Assembly (NCBI GenBank): GCA_041649675.1
Contig: JBAZMQ010000006.1
Location: 7,003-71,002 of the forward strand
Length of the DNA stretch: 64,000 bases
From: Patescibacteria group bacterium
GTDB taxonomy: Bacteria; Patescibacteriota; Patescibacteriia; Buchananbacterales; UBA6539
Direction: 5' to 3'
The notes under the pieces are model-generated. The model was not told where the DNA came from. It ran no database searches and saw nothing but the letters and a program-made list of their open reading frames with translations. Each line of letters starts with the position of its first letter. Within the stretch, counting starts at the first letter, position 1. A program made the translations under genes and the position numbers. Positions 19,733-29,814 of the stretch are shown here, piece after piece.

Positions 19733-20590
19733 ATGTCAAAACAAATTGCAAAAAAGATAGATGGCAAATTGATTGCCGAAAAAATATTACTTGACCTAAA
19801 AGCCAAGATTACTAAGCTTAAGCGGCCGCCAGGTTTGGCTGTGATTTTAATTGGCAATGATTCAGCTTCTCAGCTTTATGTCAGAAATAAAAAAAAGGCC
19901 AGCCAAAAAATCGGCATTGAATTTCACGACTACCTTTGCGGCGGTAAATGTTACCCTCATATCACGGAAAACGAAATTTTGCAAATGATTGATTTTTTAA
20001 ATGCTGACCAAACTGTTGATGGTATTATTGTTCAATTGCCAATCCCAAAAAAGTTTGACTCGCAAAAAATTATAAACCGAATCTCGCCGCAAAAAGACGT
20101 TGATGGTTTTCATCCCCAAAACAAAAAAAACTTTTTGGCCTCAAAACCAGGTATCATTCCCCCCTTAATGCAAGCAATTAACGAAGCTTTAATTTTTACG
20201 GGTGAGAATTTAAAAGGCAAAGAAGCGGTAATAGTGGTTAATAACCCAATTTACAGCGAGACCAGAAAAAAAGAATTTACCGATTTGGGTTTGAAGGTAA
20301 AAATTACTAAACCCGGACCAAACTTAGCTAATGAAACTAGAAAGGCAGATGTCTTGGTTGTAATTTTAGGCCAAAAAAACTTAATTAAAAAATCAATGGT
20401 CAAGCCCGGCGCCATTGTAATTGATGTTGGTACAAATTTAATTTCCAAAAACAACTGGACTGGCGACGTTGACCCCAAGGTCGCCCAAGTGGCTGGTTGG
20501 CTAACACCGGTGCCCGGTGGTATCGGTCCAATGACGGTGGCTTTCTTGCTAAAAAACACCTACGAACAAGCCAAAAACAAATTACAATAA
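19733..20590 (+). CDS. folD: Methylenetetrahydrofolate dehydrogenase/cyclohydrolase
   Basis: YVRNK, GIIVQLP, KDVDGFHP, IDVG, PVPGGIGPMTV. Confidence 0.93.
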   Translation: MSKQIAKKIDGKLIAEKILLDLKAKITKLKRPPGLAVILIGNDSASQLYVRNKKKASQKIGIEFHDYLCGGKCYPHITENEILQMIDFLNADQTVDGIIVQLPIPKKFDSQKIINRISPQKDVDGFHPQNKKNFLASKPGIIPPLMQAINEALIFTGENLKGKEAVIVVNNPIYSETRKKEFTDLGLKVKITKPGPNLANETRKADVLVVILGQKNLIKKSMVKPGAIVIDVGTNLISKNNWTGDVDPKVAQVAGWLTPVPGGIGPMTVAFLLKNTYEQAKNKLQ

Positions 20591-20593
20591 TAC

Positions 20594-20638
20594 AAAAACC
20601 TGTAGAGGCACATTGCAATGCGCCTCTACAGGTTTTTT
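20594..20638. terminator. Bidirectional terminator formed by a GTAG-type REP palindrome
   Basis: AAAAACCTGTAGAGGC...GCCTCTACAGGTTTTT between convergent genes. Confidence 0.7.
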
Positions 20639-20732
20639 ATTTATATAAAATAGATTATTTTTGAGGGGGCCGGAGAGATCTTCGCAAAGGATACGATCTC
20701 TCCGGTGAGGGTAACGGGTGGGGTGTTTGAGA

Positions 20733-21086
20733 CTACGCGATGGCGGTCTGCCGACGGGAAAACCGTTGCGGCATAAACGCGCGCGCTTTCTGGAAAACCC
20801 GTTTCGTCCAGGATTTCTCCGTCTTTTTGGACGGAACGATCACATCGGACATGATCTTGGGAGGGGCAAGGATGCCCTTCACGACGGTGTCGGTGGTCCG
20901 GCGCTTGCGCTTGGTGGTCCGGTTCAGCAGCTTGTTTGCGCTCTCCGTGGTCAGTTGACCGCGCTTCTGCAGAACCTTCACGGCGCGCTTTTGCGGGTCG
21001 CCATTGGGCATTAAGTAAGCGGGAATGAACTTATCACCGCGCCGTTGCCGAAGCCGCCGTTCAATATGACGTTGATGTGCATTCAT
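20733..21086 (-). CDS. Small very basic hypothetical protein
   Basis: SD AAGGAG, own TTGACA/TATAAT promoter near 21165-21193, downstream hairpin at 20670-20705; Arg/Lys-rich. Confidence 0.65.
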   Translation of the reverse strand: MNAHQRHIERRLRQRRGDKFIPAYLMPNGDPQKRAVKVLQKRGQLTTESANKLLNRTTKRKRRTTDTVVKGILAPPKIMSDVIVPSKKTEKSWTKRVFQKARAFMPQRFSRRQTAIA

Positions 21087-21263
21087 TGGCCATTCTCCTT
21101 ATTGTTGGCCTCCAAAAAAACCTAACGGTGTAACAGTAAAAAACAAACTTCCAAGGTACCGATTATTATAGCATAGTATAAAATATTTGTCAATAATATC
21201 ATTAAATATATACTGTATATTGGCTAAATTTAGATAAAAAAAGACGGGTGTGGAAACACTCGT

Positions 21264-22109
21264 CTACAATAAACAAAGGTCATATACTACTTTTTCATAG
21301 CCTGGTATCTCGGCTGCCTGATTAATTGACTGGTGGCTAACTCGCCAAACTTCAAATAGAAGCCGGAGGTAATCAGCTACCGGTTGACCGCATTCATCAA
21401 ACGGCTTACCACTACTGACTTTGAATATACCGGATTCCGGATCGGCGGCGGTATCAAGCGGTTTAGAGATATAAATGGTCACCTCGGTTCGACAAGGTAT
21501 TGATATTCCATGCCATTTTCGCCATTGCCAACCAGGAAACATCTTCCCTTTGGGCCAAACTTTACCACTACCAACATCGTTAACCAAAACTAAAAGTGGC
21601 TCAGTCTCAACCAAAGTACGGCCAACGCCTGGGTTAACCTGGGGTAAACCTTCCTGTCCGGCTTCGTTACGCGTTCCGGCCGCAAAGTTCAAAAGCACAC
21701 AATTGATTCGAGAATTTAGATAGTTAATCACTGCCCGAACCGCTTGGCTGCGTTTTCTTTTATCCGGGCTGACGCCAAAGATATTAAAGCGCAAAGCTAA
21801 TATCCACCAAAGCGGCTTGTAGGTGGTCTTGGCCAAAACGGCTGGTATCATTGACAGCTTGCCAGGAGCAAGCACCCAAGGCCAAAAAATGGCAATGACA
21901 ACGACAAAGATGCCAATGAACGATGGATGATCAGCAATCAACATAATCCGGCCGGAGCGAGGAAAATTTTCTTTGCCAACGACTTTGACTTTGCAAAAAA
22001 TTCTGGTCAAAGGGTAAAACAAGAGAACAAACAACGTCGCCATCAACCGATCCAACCACCAAAAGAGCAGGATCTGCCCTAACCAATTAATCATTTTCCA
22101 AGACTTCAT
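21264..22109 (-). CDS. PlsC-like lysophospholipid acyltransferase (divergent)
   Basis: V-x-G-x-ENFP, ADHPS, FAAGTR, WPKG; SD AAGGAG before ATG at 22109. Confidence 0.7.
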   Translation of the reverse strand: MKSWKMINWLGQILLFWWLDRLMATLFVLLFYPLTRIFCKVKVVGKENFPRSGRIMLIADHPSFIGIFVVVIAIFWPWVLAPGKLSMIPAVLAKTTYKPLWWILALRFNIFGVSPDKRKRSQAVRAVINYLNSRINCVLLNFAAGTRNEAGQEGLPQVNPGVGRTLVETEPLLVLVNDVGSGKVWPKGKMFPGWQWRKWHGISIPCRTEVTIYISKPLDTAADPESGIFKVSSGKPFDECGQPVADYLRLLFEVWRVSHQSINQAAEIPGYEKVVYDLCLL

Positions 22110-22211
22110 GCATATCTCCTTTCCGAAATACAACGTTGAGCTATTACAGATCTGTTACATCTTAATACAAAAAAACCGCCCTGGCAACCAGGGCGGTCAA
22201 AATTTTGTAAT

Positions 22212-22661
22212 TTAGACTTTTGGCGGAATTGGCGGCATAGGCAACGGAGTGGTATTTTGGCTTTTCATTAATTGCCCGCCATGAGTAATTTTAGCAGTGG
22301 CAATAATGCTAATAAGAGTCAGAACAAAACTAACCCATAAACTCCACATGCCATAAAAGCTTTTCAGACCGTCAAGGTAAGTACCGTCAGCTTTGACATA
22401 TTGAATAGTAATCAATAAATCCAAAACGGCACTAATTACTAACCAAAAAATTCCCAAGGCCAAAGCTTCTTTTAAATCACTTGGATATTTCTTAAAGTAA
22501 ATTCTGGACAAAATAAAGCTAGCTAAAACCGCTAAAATTATTTCCAAAATTCTTTGCCATAAAACCGCGATTGGCATAACCATAAAAGCCGAAACCCCAA
22601 TAAACATTATGGCCCAAAAACCAGCACCCAAGCCCAAAGCTAATTTCCAATTTTTAATCAT
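22212..22661 (-). CDS. Hypothetical membrane protein (4 TM)
   Basis: Four hydrophobic segments. Confidence 0.7.
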   Translation of the reverse strand: MIKNWKLALGLGAGFWAIMFIGVSAFMVMPIAVLWQRILEIILAVLASFILSRIYFKKYPSDLKEALALGIFWLVISAVLDLLITIQYVKADGTYLDGLKSFYGMWSLWVSFVLTLISIIATAKITHGGQLMKSQNTTPLPMPPIPPKV

Positions 22662-22675
22662 AAGTTTTTAGTTTA

Positions 22676-23059
22676 TTAATAAGATTTAATTACATTACAA
22701 TTGCCATCAACCTCAACAAAATGGCTGACTTTGCCTTGGCCAAAAGATTGACATTGATTAGCGGCCTCATTGTCAATTGACTGCCGAGGTGAATGGGCCA
22801 CATCGCAAGCCCAACCAGGAATAATTTCTTCGCTTAAACACGGTCCGCGATCAAAATCTTTACCATCGGTTGATAATCGGTTTTGGCATAACTCCTGGCA
22901 CTGCATAATGGCTAAAGTTTTATCGGCCTGCTTTTTTTGTTCAATTTGGACTTTACCACTAACATAATCAGCCGTGTCTTGAATGGGTTTAGTTACCGCA
23001 TTTTGACAACCGGAAAGAATAAGACTGCTAATTATTAGAACAACTATTCTTTTTAACAT
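22676..23059 (-). CDS. Cys-rich lipoprotein
   Basis: Lipobox LSGC; GPCLS, W-x-CDVAH-x-PR, NQC. Confidence 0.75.
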   Translation of the reverse strand: MLKRIVVLIISSLILSGCQNAVTKPIQDTADYVSGKVQIEQKKQADKTLAIMQCQELCQNRLSTDGKDFDRGPCLSEEIIPGWACDVAHSPRQSIDNEAANQCQSFGQGKVSHFVEVDGNCNVIKSY

Positions 23060-23086
23060 AAATTTAAAAATAAAAAGTCTTTCTGG

Positions 23087-23200
23087 CTCCCTCTCCCCTG
23101 GTGAAAGAGGGACTTAGTCTTCATATAGCGGGTGAGGGGGCTAAATTCATCAGTTTACCTCCCCCTCTCCTAGCCTCCCCCACAAGGGGGGGAGGAGGAA
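23087..23200. repeat. CCCTCTCCC...GGGAGAGG-type palindromic element
   Basis: Related to 41923-42000 and 56161-56254. Confidence 0.6.
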
Positions 23201-23245
23201 ATCTTGGCGATTGCGCCTGCTTTAACTTACCTTCTTGCTGGTTTA

Positions 23246-23749
23246 TTATTTCATTTTAAATATCAACCAATTCTTTTTTTGGGGTGTAAATTGGGCCAAA
23301 ACATAAATCCCCTTTAATCTTTTTCCTTTTAATTTAAACTTCAAAGATTTTGCGGTGCTTTCCAATAATTCAAATTTACCTTTGTCCCAAATTTCTACCC
23401 GCCCAGCGCCGTAATTACCTTTAGGAATTACCCCAGAAAAATTAATATAGTCAACCGGATGATCTTCAACGGCCACGGCCAAATGTTTAATCCCAGACAC
23501 CGTGGGCAGACCTTTTGGCACGGCCCAAGATTTTAGCACAACCTGCCTACGCTCGCCTTCGGCGAGCTTCGGCAGGCGAGCCAGCTCTTTAAAAATATCT
23601 CCGGGTAACTCTAGACGGAAATCATAATGCAAATGACTGGCTTGATGTTTTTGAACCACAAAACGATTTAAACCTTTGGCCTTAGCTTGACCTTTTGGTT
23701 CTGGCGTTTTACTAAACTTTCTTTTTTGATTGTATTTTTTTAAAACCAC
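23246..23749 (-). CDS. Stand-alone LigD 3'-phosphoesterase domain protein
   Basis: KRKFSKTPEP, FVVQKHQASHLHYDFRLE, LKSWAVPKG, VEDHP, YGAG-x-VEIWD-x-G. Confidence 0.9.
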   Translation of the reverse strand: MVLKKYNQKRKFSKTPEPKGQAKAKGLNRFVVQKHQASHLHYDFRLELPGDIFKELARLPKLAEGERRQVVLKSWAVPKGLPTVSGIKHLAVAVEDHPVDYINFSGVIPKGNYGAGRVEIWDKGKFELLESTAKSLKFKLKGKRLKGIYVLAQFTPQKKNWLIFKMK

Positions 23750-23764
23750 AATGTTTTAAATTAG

Positions 23765-23947
23765 AAAATCTAAGCACTAAATCCTAAACAAATCATAAAT
23801 CATAAATTTTAAATTCCAAACGTTTACTATTTATAATTTAAAAATTCGGATTTGTTTAGGATTTAGATATTCGGATTTAGAATTTAGTGCTTATTCTCTC
23901 CCTGCCTCCCTGTTCTCTGTTTTCTGTTCTCTGTTCTCTGTTTTCTG
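23765..23947. repeat. Heptamer-based inverted/tandem repeat tract
   Basis: AAATCCTAAACAAATC / GATTTGTTTAGGATTT arms; (TGTTYTC)n run. Confidence 0.65.
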
Positions 23948-24035
23948 TAAACTCCTATACTTTCATTGTAGTGCCACTGGCAAAAAAGGTCAAAAAAAAG
24001 AGACCAGTCAAATGCTTATAGCACTTAGCTGGTCA

Positions 24036-25133
24036 TTAGTTTACGGAAATGAACATATCCTCGCGCTGGAATTGCACCAAAGGCTTGCCCAGCATCTGGC
24101 CGCAGATCTTCAGGTAGATATTGGTAGTCTCCTCAACCGTCTCTTCGGGCCATTCCAGTTCCGAGACCCAATTGACGTGGGCTTCGTTCTCCGGATCGAG
24201 GTTGTCTATACCGATAATCTGCTCACCCTTGTGTTCACCCTTTTCGTAGAAAAACGGCGTAGGAACCTTGGCGCCGATAGCGCGGACATATTCTTTATCC
24301 GACGTTTCCAGGTTCGTACCGGCTGCCATTGCGGCATTATATTTCTCTTCCTCAATGAACCGCGATGAATCAGGGGTAAGAATCTCATCTGCCGCCACCA
24401 GCTCATTGTTGGCATTCAAACCAAACTCAAACTTGGTGTCAAAAAGGATGATTTTCTTAGATTTGGCATAGTCTGATCCCCGATCATACAACTTGAGCGA
24501 GAGATCCACTGCTTCCTGCGCCAACTGTTTTGGATCGCGGTTAATGCCATTTTCCCGCAGCCAGGCACCAAGAATCACCAGCATTTCGCCAAAAGTCAGA
24601 TGTTTATCGTGGCCGTCCTCGGATTTAGTCGTGGGGGTAGCAATTGCCGTAGATAATTTGCAACCCTTAGTGAGACCTTCAGGCAATAAAATGCCACAGA
24701 CTTCACGGGTCGCTTGGTAGCTTTTCCAACCGCTGCCACCCAAATAGCCGCGAACGACAAACTCGATGGGCAACATCCTGAGATTAAGAACAATCATGCC
24801 CCGCGATTGCAGGTCGGCGTTCCCACGCAATTCTTCGGGTAGATACTTGTCAATGGCCGCGCCATACGCCACGAGGTGGTTGGGGATATCCGCGAAGACA
24901 TTCAATAGCCAGTCGATGGTCATGGCGGTTAGGACCGAGCCCTTGAGCGAAATCAGCAGATTGAGGATGAAATCAAAAATGCTGATTCGGTCCGTGGCGA
25001 CGATAAGCCGCAAGTCGGGAAAACTAGGCAAGGCGTAGGAGTTGCGCACCTTGCCGACAGTCAATTCGTTGAGCTTTGTTGCCAGCAAGATGAATAGCGG
25101 CAACGCAAGCAGTCTGGGGTTAATCTTTTTCAT
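24036..25133 (-). CDS. purC: SAICAR synthetase
   Basis: GKVR, TDRIS, PIEFVVRGY, TPTTK, DTKFEFG, DEILTPDSSRF, DKEYVR. Confidence 0.92.
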   Translation of the reverse strand: MKKINPRLLALPLFILLATKLNELTVGKVRNSYALPSFPDLRLIVATDRISIFDFILNLLISLKGSVLTAMTIDWLLNVFADIPNHLVAYGAAIDKYLPEELRGNADLQSRGMIVLNLRMLPIEFVVRGYLGGSGWKSYQATREVCGILLPEGLTKGCKLSTAIATPTTKSEDGHDKHLTFGEMLVILGAWLRENGINRDPKQLAQEAVDLSLKLYDRGSDYAKSKKIILFDTKFEFGLNANNELVAADEILTPDSSRFIEEEKYNAAMAAGTNLETSDKEYVRAIGAKVPTPFFYEKGEHKGEQIIGIDNLDPENEAHVNWVSELEWPEETVEETTNIYLKICGQMLGKPLVQFQREDMFISVN

Positions 25134-25175
25134 GGTTTCTTCTTTTCCTTCCTGTCTGTTGTAACTTGTTGTTTT

Positions 25176-25898
25176 CTATCCGAGAGCCGCAATGGCTTGG
25201 GTCCACGTTTGAAACGACGCTTCTTTGCCTTTGGCGTCGGCAATCCGTTGCCGTAAATCGTCAGGGATTTGGCCGTTAACCGCGAATTCGCAAGCGCGAG
25301 TAAAACCGTCGGGGCCAAAGTACTGTCCGGCTTCATCACCGCTAATAAGCAGATCCGCGCCGGGAAATTGCGTCATGGCCAGTAAGGCAGCCACATTTTT
25401 TCGCTGCTCATCATTCATTGCCGCCACAATCTCCTGGGGCGTCCGAGCGCTGTTGAGAACAACGTTGACTTCCGAGTCGGTTGTCGGCTCTTTTGGTTTC
25501 TCACACTTCAGAGCCACACCAATAACAATGATGTTTTTGGCGTGGAGTCCGTGGTACAAATAGCCTGCGGCTAAGCCGGGCAAAACTGCCAGCCAGCCAG
25601 CGGCCATGACCAAGACGTAATCGGTATCGAGATGGCTTTGCGCAATATTCGCCAGCCTGGTCAAAAACTCAAACAGGATGGCGAAGTTCCGATGGGCACT
25701 GATCGTGAAGTGCCCTGTGCCTCTGTGCTTGGGCTCAAGTACCAGCCGAACCGCCGGGTCCAGATCAATAATTTTCCCTGACTCGATCGCAGCCAAAGCT
25801 GCCGCCAGCGTTTTCCAACCGCCGCCTAACTGTTTGGCGTCGTTTGGCGAGCCAGCAATGGTTATAACTACCCTTTTTCTTGTTTCTTCAGTTGCCAC
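25176..25898 (-). CDS. purE: Divergent AIR carboxylase / N5-CAIR mutase family protein
   Basis: GSPND, ISAHR, AAG-x-LA-x-LPG, VIGV, ALLAMTQFPG; adjacent to purC. Confidence 0.7.
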   Translation of the reverse strand: MATEETRKRVVITIAGSPNDAKQLGGGWKTLAAALAAIESGKIIDLDPAVRLVLEPKHRGTGHFTISAHRNFAILFEFLTRLANIAQSHLDTDYVLVMAAGWLAVLPGLAAGYLYHGLHAKNIIVIGVALKCEKPKEPTTDSEVNVVLNSARTPQEIVAAMNDEQRKNVAALLAMTQFPGADLLISGDEAGQYFGPDGFTRACEFAVNGQIPDDLRQRIADAKGKEASFQTWTQAIAALG

Positions 25899-26000
25899 TG
25901 ATACTGTCCAACCTTTCTGGTTTTGTCCTTACGGACGCTTCGTTTTCTTTTCCATACCTCCCTTGTTTTGGGCGGTATCTTGCTTTGTCAATAAAATATA

Positions 26001-26116
26001 TTGTCAAAAAACAAAGTCTTTCCTCCTTGATCCGCCAAAGCCCGAGGGCAGAGGCAAACTCCTTGAAAAGACTAGTTTTGTACTCACAAATTAACAAAAA
26101 AATAATTAAATGTCAA
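26001..26116 (-). promoter_or_regulatory. Promoter and conserved leader hairpin of purE-purC
   Basis: TTGACA (26111-26116)-17-TAATTT; AGTCTTT / AAAGACT stem followed by TTGTTTTTTGACAA; paralogous to 29815-29894. Confidence 0.65.
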
Positions 26117-26127
26117 TGATCACCAAT

Positions 26128-26214
26128 TGTCATTCTGAAGAAGCGAAGCGGCTGAAAAATCCCAAAAGTTTAAGATTCTTCGCGCTAAAATATCGCTTAG
26201 AGCTCAGAATGACA
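26128..26214. repeat. GTCATTCTGA mini-element, copy 4
   Basis: TGTCATTCTGA / TCAGAATGACA TIRs. Confidence 0.8.
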
Positions 26215-26331
26215 GTAGGAGATATGCGCCTATTCGTTAATGTTATTTGGATAAAAAAAAGAAGCCAGTCAAACCCTCATGGATCTGACCGGCCGTTGAT
26301 TACTTAAACTTCCCTCCACCTCTTTCTTCGC

Positions 26332-28206
26332 CTAGTGCTTGGCAAAAAGCCGATCGGCGCTACTCAGGAAGGCGACAGAAAGCCCGGACTTGCTAAACAA
26401 AGCCTTGACGTTCTCGATCTCCTTGCCGTCAGCCGGCACCACGCCACCGATACAACCGGCGTCAATGAGCAATTCGGTTCCCTCTCGTCTATCCGATTGG
26501 GAAATCAGTGTGGCCATTTCGCCCAACAGCCTGATCGTCTCCAGTTGATTGCCAACCCGGTCAGCACTTCTCGCCTGAGCCAACAGCCACTCAATCTGGG
26601 CTAAGTCTACCGGCGGCTGTTCTCCGGTGGCATACGGGAAGAATGCATCCGAGGCAAAAACCGAACCTTGGGTGGTATGCCCAGCCCGTCTGGCCCGCTC
26701 AATGCAGAGCCTGACACAGGCAATCCGGTCTTGCTGGCCGCAGCCGAGACCAATTAACATCCGGTTCTTGGCCAAAGCCACGGTATTGCTGGAAGACCGA
26801 TAACAGGCCACCCAGGCAATCAGCAGATCTTCAAACCGGTCGTCGCTCAAAGGCACCCCGACCCAGGATTCAATCGTTTCCCTGGTCAGGATAAAACTTG
26901 GCGCCTTCTGTTTAAGGACATCACCGTTGCCAAGAAACTGCCACATCCATTCATTGGTTGGCATTTGCGGATCCAGTAATGCCAAATTGCTTAACAACCG
27001 GCGTTTCTCCCGCTTCCCTAGCTGCTCAACCGCGCCCGGGGAAAATGACGGAGCATAGATAATGTCCAGACCCCAGTTCTTCCGGCCAATCAACAGACTG
27101 AGTGGCGGGGACATCAATTCAACTCCAAGTTCATCGGTGATAGCGAAATTGGTAACTACTTCACCGCCCATTACCGCTACCTTGTCACCCGTCAAAGCTT
27201 TACGCAAAGCCGTTATGGGACTGGCCCAATCAACACCAATGCCGCAAACATTGCCGTGCTTTCCGGCAACAACAATGTACGGCACTTTACCGTAGACTCT
27301 TCGGTAAGCCTCGGCCAGAAAACGCAAAGCCCCGATCAGGCCGGCACCGTCTGCGATGCTGATGTAGCTAGGGTCGCCGGAAACGACTTGAAACTTGCTA
27401 GTTGCCAGCGGATCGTCGCTGTCGGTGGTAAACAGAAAAGCCGGGTCTTGGCGGTGATTTTCAGCATAGGCCAACTTTCGCGCCAACCGCATGAAGATGC
27501 CATCGAAATGACCGCCGCTGTGAAAACGGGCGGATTCCATCCGGTACCGAGACACGACGAAGTCAGCCTTGGCACAAAGGGCATTGCGGGTCTCTTCGGT
27601 AATCTCACCGTTATGCTCGCGCATCTGGTCAATCACCATCTGCCGGTCAGCCGGATCGCAAATCACAATTCGGCGACCCTTGGCTCCTTCGGAAACCATG
27701 GTCGGCCCGCCAATGTCAGTACCTTCGACAACCGACTCGGTTGTCGCGCCTTCCGCCTCGATTGCTCTCATTAGGGCATAGAAGTCGCAAACCACCATGT
27801 CGATGAAGGGGATACCAAACTTCGCCAGTTCCTTAAGATCAGAATCAATAGCCCGTGCGAGGAGTCCGGCTGATTTCGGCCGCGAAAGACTCACTACGCG
27901 ATGACCGAGCATCGGATTAGCATCAAGCAACTTTGCGACAGCTTTGGCTGAGAGCTTCCGACCACCCCTTTTGGTCTTAAAAGAAATACCGGCGCTAACA
28001 AATTCCTGAACCATGCTGCGCGTAATCATGTCAGCGATGTCTTGAACTTTGATACCGGCCGCCGCCAGATATTTGCACGTACCGGCCGAGCCAATAATGT
28101 GCCAGTTGCCCAATGCCTGCAACTGCCGAACAAAATCGACAATGTTAGGATTTTCCTTTTCAGTGACACTAATTAGCGCCACCCTCTGTCTCTGTTTTTC
28201 GGACAT
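26332..28206 (-). CDS. purH: Bifunctional AICAR formyltransferase / IMP cyclohydrolase (divergent)
   Basis: ALISV, GT, DIGGPTM, LAYAEN-x-x-Q, KHGNVCG, SN, GQQDR, SDAFFP, RLFAKH. Confidence 0.88.
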   Translation of the reverse strand: MSEKQRQRVALISVTEKENPNIVDFVRQLQALGNWHIIGSAGTCKYLAAAGIKVQDIADMITRSMVQEFVSAGISFKTKRGGRKLSAKAVAKLLDANPMLGHRVVSLSRPKSAGLLARAIDSDLKELAKFGIPFIDMVVCDFYALMRAIEAEGATTESVVEGTDIGGPTMVSEGAKGRRIVICDPADRQMVIDQMREHNGEITEETRNALCAKADFVVSRYRMESARFHSGGHFDGIFMRLARKLAYAENHRQDPAFLFTTDSDDPLATSKFQVVSGDPSYISIADGAGLIGALRFLAEAYRRVYGKVPYIVVAGKHGNVCGIGVDWASPITALRKALTGDKVAVMGGEVVTNFAITDELGVELMSPPLSLLIGRKNWGLDIIYAPSFSPGAVEQLGKREKRRLLSNLALLDPQMPTNEWMWQFLGNGDVLKQKAPSFILTRETIESWVGVPLSDDRFEDLLIAWVACYRSSSNTVALAKNRMLIGLGCGQQDRIACVRLCIERARRAGHTTQGSVFASDAFFPYATGEQPPVDLAQIEWLLAQARSADRVGNQLETIRLLGEMATLISQSDRREGTELLIDAGCIGGVVPADGKEIENVKALFSKSGLSVAFLSSADRLFAKH

Positions 28207-28234
28207 TGTTGTATCTTCCTCTCATTCTGTTTGA

Positions 28235-29740
28235 CTAAGCCGCGATAGGCTTGAGTCCGTTGGTTGTTTCCCGTCTTGCATCTTTAATCGCATCACCCAT
28301 GTAATGCGTTGGGTGCTTCAATAAATGAAGTTCCCGGCGCGTTAGGCCCTTCCAGGCGCGACGGAATTTCTGGTCGGTTTCATTAGCCTGCAGGTAAAGC
28401 TCAGCCGCGACACAAAGGTTTGGCGCTCCGGCCTTAACCCGGGCAATCAACTCCTTTTTGACAAAAGTATGAGCGCCGGCAAATCCCTCGCGCTGTAATG
28501 CATTATGAAGCAATTCCGCCAAAGACGCTGGCCCAAATGTCTGAACCCAGTGCAGACAGCGCTCTTCGTTGAAGGCTAGGACGCTCATCTGCCGCTTTAC
28601 GCTGTAAAGCTCCTGAGCAAAGTACTCCAAGGCTTCAATGAATGTCCTCATAACCGATGACCAACGCAAATCGCGTTGGAAATTGCTGCCGCGCGTCAAC
28701 CAAGGTCTTAAGGCGCAACTCAGTACGATTGTGTCTGCACCAATGGCATTTTCGGCCCGGATTGGATTAGCTTCTTTAGCCGCTCCGGCCGAAGAGGTGG
28801 AAGTGACATCCACCTCCTTTGAAGGAACAACCTCACCGAGTTCGGGCATATGCAAGATGCGAAGGTCTTCGCACAGACTCATCATCGGTCCGCCGATGGC
28901 AACAAGGTCACTATAAAAATGAACCGTATGATGAATCGGCGCAATCTGGGTGCTGCCTTTAGCGACTGGTAAGTCCAGAATGCTCATCAGTGTTCGTTCT
29001 GCTTTCTTGGGAATACCCACCGCTCGCTGGGATGCAGCCGTACCAACGAAACCGCAAAATTTGCCCGGCATAGCTAAAGCGGCCCGCTGCAGTTCAAGGG
29101 CACAATCGGTAAATTGCCGATGGGCACAAGCCAGGTAAAATCCGACGGTACCGGGTATGGCTGGCTGCAAGTGAGTGCGAAACATCTGGCGCGTCGTCAA
29201 ATATTCGTTGATCTTTGCCCGCCAGGTTTCATCAAGCGCCATCATCTTTGGCCACAGAACCAGACTGAACACGACTCGAAGCTGCAGGGCATATGCCGTT
29301 GAAATCGTATCATAGGAAGTTGCCGTATAGTGCAGCCACTTCCAAAGTCCTTTGGGCAAATACCGGCGCATCAAAGCCAACAACGCCAAGATGTCGTGAC
29401 CCATTCCCTTGGTCCCTTTCTTCTTGTCGCCGTATTCCAGCCGGTCTTGTTTGGTTGTAGTAACGTGCTTGAGCACATACAATAAACGTTCGGTGGTCAG
29501 AAGCCTGGCGTCTTTTTCGGGCATGACTCCGATGATGGCCAACGCCACCATCCAGAACCATTCCACGATGACCAACCAGGCCGCCCACTGGTCGTAACCA
29601 AGATACGGAACCAATTCAGGCTGCTGCTCTTCGTAGCGGTGATCCATATGCATCACTAAAACTCGCCGCGGATCCTCAGCCAGAACCGCCAGATAAGCAA
29701 TTGCGGCTGCCAACATCTCTCTTGCCTGTTTAATCGTCAT
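28235..29740 (-). CDS. purB: Adenylosuccinate lyase family (divergent)
   Basis: GHD, HYTATSYD, RTHLQPA, STQI, SS-x4-K-x2-NPIRAE, QRDL; upstream of purH. Confidence 0.75.
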   Translation of the reverse strand: MTIKQAREMLAAAIAYLAVLAEDPRRVLVMHMDHRYEEQQPELVPYLGYDQWAAWLVIVEWFWMVALAIIGVMPEKDARLLTTERLLYVLKHVTTTKQDRLEYGDKKKGTKGMGHDILALLALMRRYLPKGLWKWLHYTATSYDTISTAYALQLRVVFSLVLWPKMMALDETWRAKINEYLTTRQMFRTHLQPAIPGTVGFYLACAHRQFTDCALELQRAALAMPGKFCGFVGTAASQRAVGIPKKAERTLMSILDLPVAKGSTQIAPIHHTVHFYSDLVAIGGPMMSLCEDLRILHMPELGEVVPSKEVDVTSTSSAGAAKEANPIRAENAIGADTIVLSCALRPWLTRGSNFQRDLRWSSVMRTFIEALEYFAQELYSVKRQMSVLAFNEERCLHWVQTFGPASLAELLHNALQREGFAGAHTFVKKELIARVKAGAPNLCVAAELYLQANETDQKFRRAWKGLTRRELHLLKHPTHYMGDAIKDARRETTNGLKPIAA

Positions 29741-29814
29741 ACGCTTTGAACCTTTCTCCAATTTTTTTTCTATCAGCCATAGCCAAATGACCAATTCATC
29801 TAAACCTATATTTA

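Noticed and set aside
26110-26307. ORFs 26110-26307 and 29815-30078 as a paralogous small-protein family
   Set aside because: Their similarity (CHSE...LRMT) is simply the translation of the GTCATTCTGA repeat
26335-29597. Many overlapping antisense ORFs in the purine genes (also within rpoBC, ftsK and the radical SAM genes)
   Set aside because: Shadow frames of real genes, lacking motifs and SD sites
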